Below the pieces are notes generated by a model that was given only the letters and a program-made list of their open reading frames with translations, was not told where the DNA came from and made no database searches. Shown in pieces: positions 48,447 to 57,261 of a stretch of DNA of 59,730 nucleotides. Within the stretch, counting starts at the first letter, position 1; each line of letters starts with the position of its first letter. Source of the DNA: an uncultured Candidatus Bathyarchaeia archaeon (GTDB taxonomy: Archaea > Thermoproteota > Bathyarchaeia > Bathyarchaeales > Bathyarchaeaceae); assembly GCA_964347555.1 (NCBI GenBank), contig CAYFZT010000001.1, positions 1 to 59,730 on the forward strand. The letters run 5' to 3'. Both the position numbers and the translations under genes were made by a program.

Positions 48447-49880
48447 ATGGGTATTGCGAGAGAAGAGATGCAGAAAATAGTTAAGTCGTTTAAAGAGCCG
48501 ATAGGTCTCAATTTAGGCTCTCATTCTGCTCTTGATGCTTGGCAAGGACAAAGAAACTATGGGTTAAGAAGCATAATCTATACAACACGTGCAAGAGCCC
48601 GTATCTACCTGCAGAATCCTATGGTTGGAAAACCAGGAGAAACCGTAGAAGAGATGCCGAGGCAAGTTAAAGAAGAAATAATCGTGGTTAACGACCCGAA
48701 GGATATCAAGAAAGATGGGAAATGGAGAAGCGCCATACTGGTTCTCGACGAATATCGAGATATAGTAAAGTATGTTGACGATCTAGTCAATCTTGAATGC
48801 CTACAAATTACAAACAGAGCCTTTTCCGTCTACGTAGGTGGAGATGAATACTGCAGTGTAATAGAAAACCGTTTTGCAGTTCCCATTATGGGCTCAAGAA
48901 GAGCGTTGAAAATCGAGAACAGAGGAGAGATTGAAAAAGATTACTACTGGTTTGCCGAAAAAGCTGGAATCCCCTTCCCAAAATCTTACAAGTATGAGAT
49001 TCACTCTAGCGGAATCAGATTCAAAGAGCCAATAGACGAACCCATGCTTCTCAAAGCAGAGCACGCCCACCGCGCCTTCGAAAGAGAATTCATTTTTGCT
49101 GCTGATTCCAGCGACCTTGAAGAGAAGGTGCAACGAGAGATGGAAGCTGGAACCCTCACAAGAGAAAGCCTAGAATACGCTCGAGTGGAACAGATCGTTT
49201 TAGGTCCTCATGCTAACTTCAACTTCTTCTTCTCTCCCCTTGACGCCAAGGAAGAATGGGGAGACGTAGACGATTGGTATGTAAAACTGTACAACGTAAG
49301 CCTTGAAGAAGCCCGAACCTGCTTAGCAAACCAGTTCCTGTCAATCGATGAACGAAGAGAAACCATACTAGACGGCGTAAAAAGAATGCCCATAGACATC
49401 CAACAAAAAATCAAGAAGGTTCCCTCCTTCGAGGTTTCCGCTCATCTGATGATGAGCCTACGCGAATCCTTGCTAAAAGATGTACATCGTTATGCAGATG
49501 CCTTCCTCTTAGCGCTGAAGAAGTACGCGTCTCCAGGGATTATTGGCGCTTGGTGTTTGCAGACATTGATTACTTGGGATAGAATCTCCAAGTATGAGTT
49601 GCAGCCTAAAGCCAAGTTTGACTTCACTGGCGGAGCCGACCCGAAAACTGCCATGGACTATGGCTTGTACGATGTGCCAGAAGGACAAGAACCCTACATG
49701 CACATTCCAGTTACGCAGGACTTGGCCTTACGACATGGCGGTGGAACCAACGTACACATGGGTGTGGGTTCGCAATATGCCAACGCTAAGTATCAGAAGC
49801 CCATGAGCATGGGAGACAGAATCGCCTTGGAAATCAGACGTGCCTGGAAAAGGAAGCAGCTTGAAGAGATCGTAACATAA
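48447..49880 (+). CDS. purP: PurP-like formate-dependent FAICAR synthetase (ATP-grasp), unusually long
   Basis: LGSHSALD N-terminus and GGGTNVHMGVGSQYA...PMSMGDRIALEIRRA...LEEIVT C-terminus match my recollection of archaeal PurP. At 477 aa it is about 100 residues longer than my remembered length for PurP. Confidence 0.7.
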   Translation: MGIAREEMQKIVKSFKEPIGLNLGSHSALDAWQGQRNYGLRSIIYTTRARARIYLQNPMVGKPGETVEEMPRQVKEEIIVVNDPKDIKKDGKWRSAILVLDEYRDIVKYVDDLVNLECLQITNRAFSVYVGGDEYCSVIENRFAVPIMGSRRALKIENRGEIEKDYYWFAEKAGIPFPKSYKYEIHSSGIRFKEPIDEPMLLKAEHAHRAFEREFIFAADSSDLEEKVQREMEAGTLTRESLEYARVEQIVLGPHANFNFFFSPLDAKEEWGDVDDWYVKLYNVSLEEARTCLANQFLSIDERRETILDGVKRMPIDIQQKIKKVPSFEVSAHLMMSLRESLLKDVHRYADAFLLALKKYASPGIIGAWCLQTLITWDRISKYELQPKAKFDFTGGADPKTAMDYGLYDVPEGQEPYMHIPVTQDLALRHGGGTNVHMGVGSQYANAKYQKPMSMGDRIALEIRRAWKRKQLEEIVT

Positions 49881-49904
49881 AATGTGTACATGTTCAAGTT
49901 TTAG

Positions 49905-50990
49905 GTGGAATTGGTGCCAGAGAGTTTCACCTACGCCGAAGCTGGCGTGGACAGAAAACTAAGAGCAAGATCAAAGGTTGCACTTAAAGCTCTGAAACAA
50001 ACTTACAGGCACAGTCGCTACGGAAAAGTGATCCATCTACCCTACGGCAACATCTTTCCAGTAAACGACAGATACTTAGACCTAGTCATTGAAGGCGTCG
50101 GAACCAAGGTTCTCATAGCCCAGTTGGCAAACAAATACGACACAATAGGAATAGACGGCATAGCCTTAGCGGTAAATGACGTCATACGATCAGGAGCTAG
50201 ACCCATAGCCATCGCGGACAACATACATGCCCATGTTTCTGACCCAACGCTTGTGGCTGAGTGGATGAAGGGAATAGTAAAAGGCGCAGAGGAAGCCGGT
50301 TGCGTAGTGCCAAGTGGAGAAATCGGCGACGTAGCAGAGATAATAAAAGGGCTTTCCGCAGGCAAAGGTTTCGACATGGTCTTTGCATGTGTTGGAGAAT
50401 TAGACAAAAGCGATATAATTTTTGGAAACAACATCAAGCCAGAAGATGTCGTTATTGGTTTGAGAAGTTCAGGCATCCACAGTAATGGAATAACCCTTGC
50501 AAGAAAAATTTTATTTAAGCAGTGGGGCGGCAAATACGAGCCTTTTGATGTTCCTGAAGAATTCGATAGAGAACTTGTCTACGAAGTTCTGGAGCCAATG
50601 AAAATCTATGTAAAACCCTTTCTGGATGCCGCTGAAAAGTATGAGATTAAAGGGGCAGTGCACATCACTGGAGACGCATACCTGAAATTCGACAAACTAA
50701 TGCAATTTTCCAAAGGAATAGGCTTCGAATTCGACAACTTCAAGCCTCAACCAATATTCAATCTAATTCAAAAAGTTGCTTCTCAAGTCAAGGCTCCAAT
50801 CACAGATGAAGAAATGTTGAAAACCTTCAACTTTGGATGGGGCTTCGCAGTCATTGCGAGTAAAGACGACCAAGACGCGGTTATAGACAGTTTTGAAAAG
50901 AATAAGCTGCAAGCTGAAAAGATAGGAAAAGCAACAAGTGCAAAAAGAATTGTCGCTTTATACAACGGAAAGAAATTTTTGCTCAGATGA
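49905..50990 (+). CDS. purM: AIR synthetase
   Basis: YAEAGVD, GVGTKVLIAQ, and the DNI/GEI and SSGIHSNG segments. Confidence 0.85.
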   Translation: MELVPESFTYAEAGVDRKLRARSKVALKALKQTYRHSRYGKVIHLPYGNIFPVNDRYLDLVIEGVGTKVLIAQLANKYDTIGIDGIALAVNDVIRSGARPIAIADNIHAHVSDPTLVAEWMKGIVKGAEEAGCVVPSGEIGDVAEIIKGLSAGKGFDMVFACVGELDKSDIIFGNNIKPEDVVIGLRSSGIHSNGITLARKILFKQWGGKYEPFDVPEEFDRELVYEVLEPMKIYVKPFLDAAEKYEIKGAVHITGDAYLKFDKLMQFSKGIGFEFDNFKPQPIFNLIQKVASQVKAPITDEEMLKTFNFGWGFAVIASKDDQDAVIDSFEKNKLQAEKIGKATSAKRIVALYNGKKFLLR

Positions 50991-51069
50991 TTTTGTAAGC
51001 ATAATAAAGTAAAAATTTACTGATTCATGTCATAAATATTGATATATTTGTATCTACAGATTTGCAATT

Positions 51070-52563
51070 ATGTACGACTGCCTAAAAGAAGAGTGCGGAG
51101 TCTTCGGCGCACAAGATTACAGAAAAGGCTCTATTTTTCCCTATATCTACTGGGGTCTCCGCGCTCAGAATCATCGAGGCCACCAGTCCCATGGAATCAT
51201 CACATTTAACGGAGACTTCCACAAATACAAGGCTTTAGACTTGGTTCCAAAGATAAAAAAGGAAGATATTCAAAATTGGCTTAGTCGACTTCCAGGATCC
51301 GATGGCATAGGAAACATCCGCTACACAACTTCAGGCGGAACCGATGAACAATCCTTGATTAAAGGCACTCAACCATATCTGATAGAGACAAAAGAAGCTA
51401 GATTAGCTGTGTCCTTCAACGGTAACATAGTTAATCACTTCAAACTGCACAGCCAATTGAAGGAAACTTTTCCTCAGTCTTGCTATGAATGTGATGTAGA
51501 ACTGATCGGAAGAAAGCTAGTTACCGAACTAGCTAGAACGAAAGACTTACCCTCATCTGTGAAGAGCTGCATGAAGGAGATTGAAGGAGCCTTCTCAGTT
51601 GTAGGTTTAGCAAAAAACGGTGAGATGTTCGCTTTTAAAGATCCTTATGGAATCAAACCTCTTTGTTGTGGTCACAGTCCAGAGGGCACAATTCGCGCTG
51701 TTTCCTCCGAAACTGTGGGTCTCAACATCAATGCCCTTGACTATGACTTCGAGCTGGAGCCTGGAGAATTCGTAATGGCTTCGAAAGACAATCTCATTCG
51801 GGAGCAGCTTGTTCCGTGCAGAAGAAGGGCGCTTTGTGCCTTCGAGTTTGCATATTTCGCCAGACCAGATTCGAGGCTTGGAAACAGATTTGTTTATGAG
51901 ACGAGGGAAGAGTTTGGAAGAAACTTAGCCAAAGAGTACAGTGAGCACGTTAGAGACTCTGATGTTATTATATCTCTGCCGGAAACGGGCGACGATGTTG
52001 CCTTAGGTCTCCACGAAGCAACTGGTCTACGTTGGGAACGAGCAGTTCGAAGACACCGCTACGTAACTGAACGCGCCTTCATTCTTCTAGCTGAAGAACG
52101 TTATGCCACAATTGACAGAAAACTCAATGTCCTTGGAAATAAGATCAAGGGTAAGAAAGTTGCAGTTACTGAAGACAGCATCGTTAGAGGGGACACAACA
52201 AGAGTTGTCGTGGAAAAGCTGCGAAGGATGGGAGCAAAAAAGGTTTATCTGTTTATCACTTTCCCAAGAATAATTGGTCCATGTTTCTATGGCATTGACA
52301 TGGCAACCTACGGCGAGCTGATCGGTTCTCGACATCAACCAGAAGAGATCGCAAACATAATAGGCGCCGATGCTGTGAATTACCAGTCGATTAGCGGTTT
52401 CGTCAAGTCTATTGGCTTGGGAAAAAACGAATTGTGTTTAGCCTGTGTCACAGGAGAGTATCCGACACCACTTGCGCAGAAGATGGCAGATGAAATGCGA
52501 GAAAAATTTGAAAAAGGCTACAAAGAAACTGGAAGAATATATGAAGTTTCGAGTGTACTCTGA
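51070..52563 (+). CDS. purF: Amidophosphoribosyltransferase
   Basis: Ntn Cys in ECGVFGA, RGHQSHGI, PRPP loop VAVTEDSIVRGDT, and C-terminal Cys residues (CLACVTGEYP). Confidence 0.9.
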   Translation: MYDCLKEECGVFGAQDYRKGSIFPYIYWGLRAQNHRGHQSHGIITFNGDFHKYKALDLVPKIKKEDIQNWLSRLPGSDGIGNIRYTTSGGTDEQSLIKGTQPYLIETKEARLAVSFNGNIVNHFKLHSQLKETFPQSCYECDVELIGRKLVTELARTKDLPSSVKSCMKEIEGAFSVVGLAKNGEMFAFKDPYGIKPLCCGHSPEGTIRAVSSETVGLNINALDYDFELEPGEFVMASKDNLIREQLVPCRRRALCAFEFAYFARPDSRLGNRFVYETREEFGRNLAKEYSEHVRDSDVIISLPETGDDVALGLHEATGLRWERAVRRHRYVTERAFILLAEERYATIDRKLNVLGNKIKGKKVAVTEDSIVRGDTTRVVVEKLRRMGAKKVYLFITFPRIIGPCFYGIDMATYGELIGSRHQPEEIANIIGADAVNYQSISGFVKSIGLGKNELCLACVTGEYPTPLAQKMADEMREKFEKGYKETGRIYEVSSVL

Positions 52564-52658
52564 AAGATAGAAGTGGCTTTAAGCCCACGTGTTTTTCTGA
52601 AGAATGTAACAATTAAATCAAAAAGAACACAATAGCTCTGGAGGCAGTGGTGAGATGA

Positions 52659-53321
52659 TTGCAAACTAAACTCCTGTATCTGTATGACAGCTATCTGAGA
52701 GAATTCGAAGCAAAAGTCCAGAATGCCAAAGAAAGGCAAGTGATTTTGGATCAAACAGCCTTTCATCCCCTCTCTGGTGGTGTAGCTCATGACATGGGAT
52801 ACCTTGCAAAGGGAAACATGAAATATAAAGTCATGAAGGTGGAGATAAACAGAGAAACAAAAGAGATAGTTCATGTACTTGAAGAAGAAGCAGCCTTTGA
52901 CCAGAGCAGTCTTGTAAAGGGAATATTAGACTGGGAAAGAAGATACAGATTGATGCGACTTCATACCGCAGCACACTTGGTAGCAGCCGTGATGTATAGA
53001 GACCATGACGCATTGATAACAGGGGGGCAAGTAGACTACAAGTATGCAAAATTGGACTTCAACCTTCCCACAACCAGCCGAGAAATATTCGAAGCTGCTG
53101 TCGAAAAAGCTAACAAAGAAGCAAACAAAAAGGTCTCCCTAAAAATATATTTTCTAACAAGAGAAGAAGCGTTGAAAATGCCGGGAATAGTAAAATTGGC
53201 TGAAAGAATGCCCCCCAAAGAAAGGGAGTTAAGGATAGTGGAGATCCCTGGCATAGACACGCAGGCCGACGGTGGACCCCATGTTAAAAACACTGGAGAG
53301 ATAAGTAGAAAACAAGGGTAA
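52659..53321 (+). CDS. alaX: AlaX-type alanyl-tRNA editing protein (AlaX-M-like), 3' end possibly frameshifted
   Basis: LYLYDSYLREFEAKV, zinc motif HTAAHLVAAV, and DGGPHVKNTGEI. TTG start. See the finding on its 3' end. Confidence 0.7.
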   Translation: MQTKLLYLYDSYLREFEAKVQNAKERQVILDQTAFHPLSGGVAHDMGYLAKGNMKYKVMKVEINRETKEIVHVLEEEAAFDQSSLVKGILDWERRYRLMRLHTAAHLVAAVMYRDHDALITGGQVDYKYAKLDFNLPTTSREIFEAAVEKANKEANKKVSLKIYFLTREEALKMPGIVKLAERMPPKERELRIVEIPGIDTQADGGPHVKNTGEISRKQG

Positions 53322-53387
53322 GGATAAGAGAAGAATATATTTTGACGCTGAATAGAGTCAGAGAAGGAGGCTTTAGTTAAAAACTCA

Positions 53388-53603
53388 TTATGTGCGCTGC
53401 TTTCTAATGTCTCTACCCAACAATGCTGAGAAAACAAAGATGCAAGCAAGGGCTACTATTGCCAAGAGTAAGTCTCCTGTAAAGAATAATTCGAACAAAA
53501 GAACTGCTACCCAAAAAACTACAAGAAAGAGGTCAAAGATTATCCCCTTAGTGAATTTTCCAGTTCTTCTAATCATCTTCAGCCTTTCCATCCTAAAATT
53601 CAT
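53388..53603 (-). CDS. Small two-TM membrane protein
   Basis: 71-aa ORF with two clear hydrophobic helices in an otherwise non-coding gap. Confidence 0.4.
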   Translation of the reverse strand: MNFRMERLKMIRRTGKFTKGIIFDLFLVVFWVAVLLFELFFTGDLLLAIVALACIFVFSALLGRDIRKQRT

Positions 53604-53818
53604 GCGTGTAGAGACTATAAGGTTTCCGCAGACTTCGCAGAAATGAGCGTTATGAAGAATTTCACTGGTAAAGGCGTAAGAAAACAGTAACCTTTCTTTA
53701 ACAGGGAAAATGCAAAAAACCTTATTAGCAAATCAAAATTAAACAAGAACTTGTTAAGAAGGTTGAGAAGAAACCAGAAAGAAGAATCTGTGGGGGTTTT
53801 GCACTGCCTGAAAGAGTA

Positions 53819-55225
53819 GGCGTCTTAGCTGTTTCCTACGGTGCAAGAGAAGCGGCGATTATAGACGCTTTCGCACGCAGTCAAGATTATCGAGTAGAAA
53901 TATACGTTGCTGACAAGCAGAGAAACCCTTTCAATCTGAAAAGAGCCAAAGCACATGTAGTTATACCCGATCTTAACATTGAACAAATCTGCAAATTTGC
54001 CCAAAGACACAAACAAAAAATCGATTTCGGCATAGTGGGTCCAGAAAAACCAATAATCGAAGGCATACGAAACTATGTAGAAAAAGAAACAGACATACCT
54101 CTAATCTGCCCTACAAAGGAATACGCCCTCGAAGCCAGCAAAGTTGCTCAAAGACTCCTTTTACAAAAAGTTGTGCCAGAGGTCAACCCTAAATTCAAAG
54201 TTTTCAATCCGAAAGATTACAGCACAATTACTGCGGTTAAACGAGAAGTCCACAAATGGCTTGACGAAATAGGCAATGCAGTAGCAGTGAAACCTGACCG
54301 TCCAGCCGCTGGAAAGGGAGTAGGGGTCTGGGGCGACCACTTCAACACCCGCCAAGAACTAGTTGACCATTTCATGTCAAACATCGAATATGGTCCTGTG
54401 ATAATAGAAGAAAAGATTGAGGGCGAAGAATCCAGCTTTCAAGCCTTTTGCGACGGAAAACATCTGGTGCCTCTGCCTGAAACTCGAGACTACAAGCGAG
54501 CCTTTGACGGAGATAAGGGTCCAAACACTGGCGGCATGGGCTCCTACAAAGACGTTGGCGATATATTGCCCTTCATGACTACAGTTGACAAGGAAAAGGA
54601 GACCGAAATTGTGAACAAGGTTTTCAGAGAGCTGAGAAAGCGAGCCTCAAGCACAGATCTGCGAGGCATTCCCTTCTACAACGCCTTCATTCATACAAGC
54701 ACAGGTTCCAAGGTTTTGGAAAATAATAGTCGACCTGGAGATCCTGAGATACAAAATCTTCTTCCAATTCTAAAAGACGATTTCGTTGATGTATGCTGCA
54801 GGATTCTTGAAGGCAATTTGACAAGAGTGAGCTTTGAGAGGAAAGCTACTGTTGTCACATACAAAGTGCCTCCTAACTACGGCGGATTTGCCAAAGTATT
54901 CCCTGAAAAAGTCAAAACTGAAGAAGTAGACAAGCCTGTTAATTTAAGCCAAGGAGAGAAGCTTGCTGAAAAGTATAGTAGTGCAATTCGAATCTATCCT
55001 GCCTCCGTGGAGCTCAGAGAAGACGGTGAGGTTTATGCTCTTGGATCGAGAACCGTCTGTGTGGTTGGTGTGGGAGACGACATCCAAGAAGCGAGGGAAA
55101 TCTCGCTGAAGGGCATTGACGCGATCACTGGGGGGGCACTTTGGAACAGAACAGACATAGCATCTAGAGAGCACTTAGAAAAAAGCATTGAACACATGAG
55201 AAATCTGAGGCCATCCAGAAGATGA
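53819..55225 (+). CDS. purD: Phosphoribosylamine--glycine ligase (GAR synthetase); 5' boundary unresolved
   Basis: ATP-grasp body (AVKPDRPAAGKGVGVW, GGMGSY, ENNSRPGDPE). The N-domain sequence GVLAVSYGAREAAIIDAF...IDFGIVGPEKP is encoded in frame upstream of the first canonical start (GTG 54035). No ATG, GTG or TTG occurs between the in-frame TAG at 53726 and 54035. Confidence 0.8.
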   Translation, partial: GVLAVSYGAREAAIIDAFARSQDYRVEIYVADKQRNPFNLKRAKAHVVIPDLNIEQICKFAQRHKQKIDFGIVGPEKPIIEGIRNYVEKETDIPLICPTKEYALEASKVAQRLLLQKVVPEVNPKFKVFNPKDYSTITAVKREVHKWLDEIGNAVAVKPDRPAAGKGVGVWGDHFNTRQELVDHFMSNIEYGPVIIEEKIEGEESSFQAFCDGKHLVPLPETRDYKRAFDGDKGPNTGGMGSYKDVGDILPFMTTVDKEKETEIVNKVFRELRKRASSTDLRGIPFYNAFIHTSTGSKVLENNSRPGDPEIQNLLPILKDDFVDVCCRILEGNLTRVSFERKATVVTYKVPPNYGGFAKVFPEKVKTEEVDKPVNLSQGEKLAEKYSSAIRIYPASVELREDGEVYALGSRTVCVVGVGDDIQEAREISLKGIDAITGGALWNRTDIASREHLEKSIEHMRNLRPSRR

Positions 55226-56316
55226 ACACAAACTCGCAGAGAATCTTCATTTCAGACTGTGAAGGGCCAATATCTAAAAACGACAATGCGTTTGAACTTG
55301 CATCCCATTTTATTCCCCATGGAGACAAGTTCTTCACGTTGATAAGCAGATACGATGACATCTTAGCCGATATCGTGAAGAAAAAAGGCTACAAGGCTGG
55401 AGACACTTTAAAGCTTATACTTCCCTTCTTGAAGGCTTACGACGCAACAAATCAAGGCATCATGGAATACTCCTCAAAGAATGTGCTTTTAGTTCCGGGA
55501 GCCAAACATCTGCTTCAATTCGTTAAAGCAGTTATGCCCTCGTTTATCGTAAGCACAAGCTATGAACAGTATATGCGTGCCCTATGTAGCTTCATAGATT
55601 TCCCCTACGAAAACGTGTTCTGCACTCGACTAGACTTGGACAGATACAAAATTGAAGAGAAAGAGAGAGACCAACTTGAACAGTTAAGAAAAGAAATTTC
55701 CGCTTTACCCATGCTTGAAATTCCGAAAAATGCAAAATCTATCCTCGACTTTCCAGTACCACAACGTGAAGCAATAGATAAGTTGGATGAAGTTTTCTGG
55801 GAAAAAATTAGCAAGATGAAAATTGGCAAAATTTTCAACGAGGTTAATCCAATTGGCGGAAATGAGAAGGCTGAAGCTGTGAAAAACATAGCTAAGAGAT
55901 TAGGGAGTAGGCTCTCTGATGTAATGTATGTTGGCGACAGCATAACTGATGTTTCAGCTTTTCAGCAGGTACGAAAAGAAGGAGGATTGACTGTTTCTTT
56001 CAATGGCAATGCTTATGCGGTTAGGGAGGCGGAAATTGCCGTACTCTCAGAAAACGCAATTGTAACCTCCGTCTTAGTAGACACTTTTAACAGGTTCGGC
56101 AGGACTGGTGTTTTTCAGCTTGTAAACGAATGGAGCCATCAAGCTCTACAAAGATGTGGAATTGACTCTACTCTGCAAAAACGCATTTTAGAGTTGTATC
56201 CCAAACAGCTTCCAAAGGTTGAGAGAATAACATTAGACAACAAGGAGCAGTTGATGAAAGAGAGCAGTGTCTTTAGAAAATCTGTGCGCGGTGAAGCCGT
56301 GGGAAAGCTGGGATAG
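55222..56316 (+). CDS. HAD-fold-like protein of unknown function (possibly EhaR-like)
   Basis: FISDCEGP (degenerate motif I) and YVGDSITDVSAF (motif IV-like). ATGA overlap with the purD stop. Confidence 0.6.
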   Translation: MNTNSQRIFISDCEGPISKNDNAFELASHFIPHGDKFFTLISRYDDILADIVKKKGYKAGDTLKLILPFLKAYDATNQGIMEYSSKNVLLVPGAKHLLQFVKAVMPSFIVSTSYEQYMRALCSFIDFPYENVFCTRLDLDRYKIEEKERDQLEQLRKEISALPMLEIPKNAKSILDFPVPQREAIDKLDEVFWEKISKMKIGKIFNEVNPIGGNEKAEAVKNIAKRLGSRLSDVMYVGDSITDVSAFQQVRKEGGLTVSFNGNAYAVREAEIAVLSENAIVTSVLVDTFNRFGRTGVFQLVNEWSHQALQRCGIDSTLQKRILELYPKQLPKVERITLDNKEQLMKESSVFRKSVRGEAVGKLG

Positions 56317-56364
56317 CAGATAACTAATTTGGTCAATAATATCTAAACTTGGTTTGGTGATGTA

Positions 56365-57261
56365 ATGGCTGAAATTGAAGACACCTATGCTGAAGCTTTT
56401 GATGGGCTCTTCTGTCGAATTTTAATCACTGCCAAAGATGAGAAACGATTGAAACGGGCTGCTTACGGCTGTACTGCCTTGCCTATGGTGGTTGTTGGCA
56501 GAACCGAAGGGGGAGTTGAAAAGTGGGTTAGCGAAACGGAAACAATTGACGGACGTTTAGGCGCTATAGTGCAGTTTTGGGGCGCAATAGATACATCTAA
56601 ACCCTTCAAGGCATCGTTGAAAAAGTTCGTCAAAGAAGTTTCCTATAGAATCCGTCAAGAGATACTGGTTGAGCCAACCACATGCGTTTTTAATGCTTTA
56701 GATTCTGAAAAAAAGTTTGATGTCATGCCCAGCATTGGGCACTGTGGAGACGGCTACGAATGGGAAGAAGAAAACTACGGACGTCGAGTTATCAACATTC
56801 CGCTTATGATGCCAGGCTTCAAAATTGAACGTTTCCTCGGCTATGACATCGGTGTTTCTGGCGGAAATCTTTGGTTAATGTGCAAGGATGAGGATTCTGC
56901 GCTTGAAGCTGGAGACAAAGCCCTCAAAGCCATACATAGTGTTGAAGGAGTAGTCACACCTTTCGACATCTGCTCAGCAGGATCAAAACCAGAAACGCAC
57001 TTTCCAGAGATAGGTCCAACAACTAATCATCCTTATTGTCCCTCATTGAAAGGTAAAATACCTGATTCAAAAGTCCCAGATGGCGTATACTCGATTCCAG
57101 AGATCGTAATCAACGGCATGTCTCTAGAAGCAGTGAAAAAGGCGATGAAAGCCGCAATTTATGCGGTTAGAGACATGGAGGGGGTCTTTAGAATTTCTGC
57201 GGGCAACTATGGTGGAAAACTGGGCAAGAATAAGATATACTTGCGAGAGCTGGTAAGATGA
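56365..57261 (+). CDS. Divergent Ftr-family paralog (formyltransferase-like)
   Basis: EDTYAEAFDGLFCRILITA, GVSGGNLWLMCKD, TNHPYCPS, IPEIVINGMSLEAV and SAGNYGGKLGKNKIYL align along the full length with the canonical Ftr at 10817..11725. The acidic PEETPDGRPG loop is replaced. Confidence 0.75.
   Translation: MAEIEDTYAEAFDGLFCRILITAKDEKRLKRAAYGCTALPMVVVGRTEGGVEKWVSETETIDGRLGAIVQFWGAIDTSKPFKASLKKFVKEVSYRIRQEILVEPTTCVFNALDSEKKFDVMPSIGHCGDGYEWEEENYGRRVINIPLMMPGFKIERFLGYDIGVSGGNLWLMCKDEDSALEAGDKALKAIHSVEGVVTPFDICSAGSKPETHFPEIGPTTNHPYCPSLKGKIPDSKVPDGVYSIPEIVINGMSLEAVKKAMKAAIYAVRDMEGVFRISAGNYGGKLGKNKIYLRELVR

Noticed and set aside
50042-50533. 163-aa antisense ORF in purM, and the similar 137-aa ORF at 53036..53449 antisense to alaX
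   Set aside because: The opposite strands carry conserved enzymes and neither ORF has a motif.
53790-53819. Programmed -1 frameshift from the GTG-initiated mini-ORF into purD
   Set aside because: No slippery heptamer or downstream structure is evident. A mutated start codon or a sequencing error is simpler.
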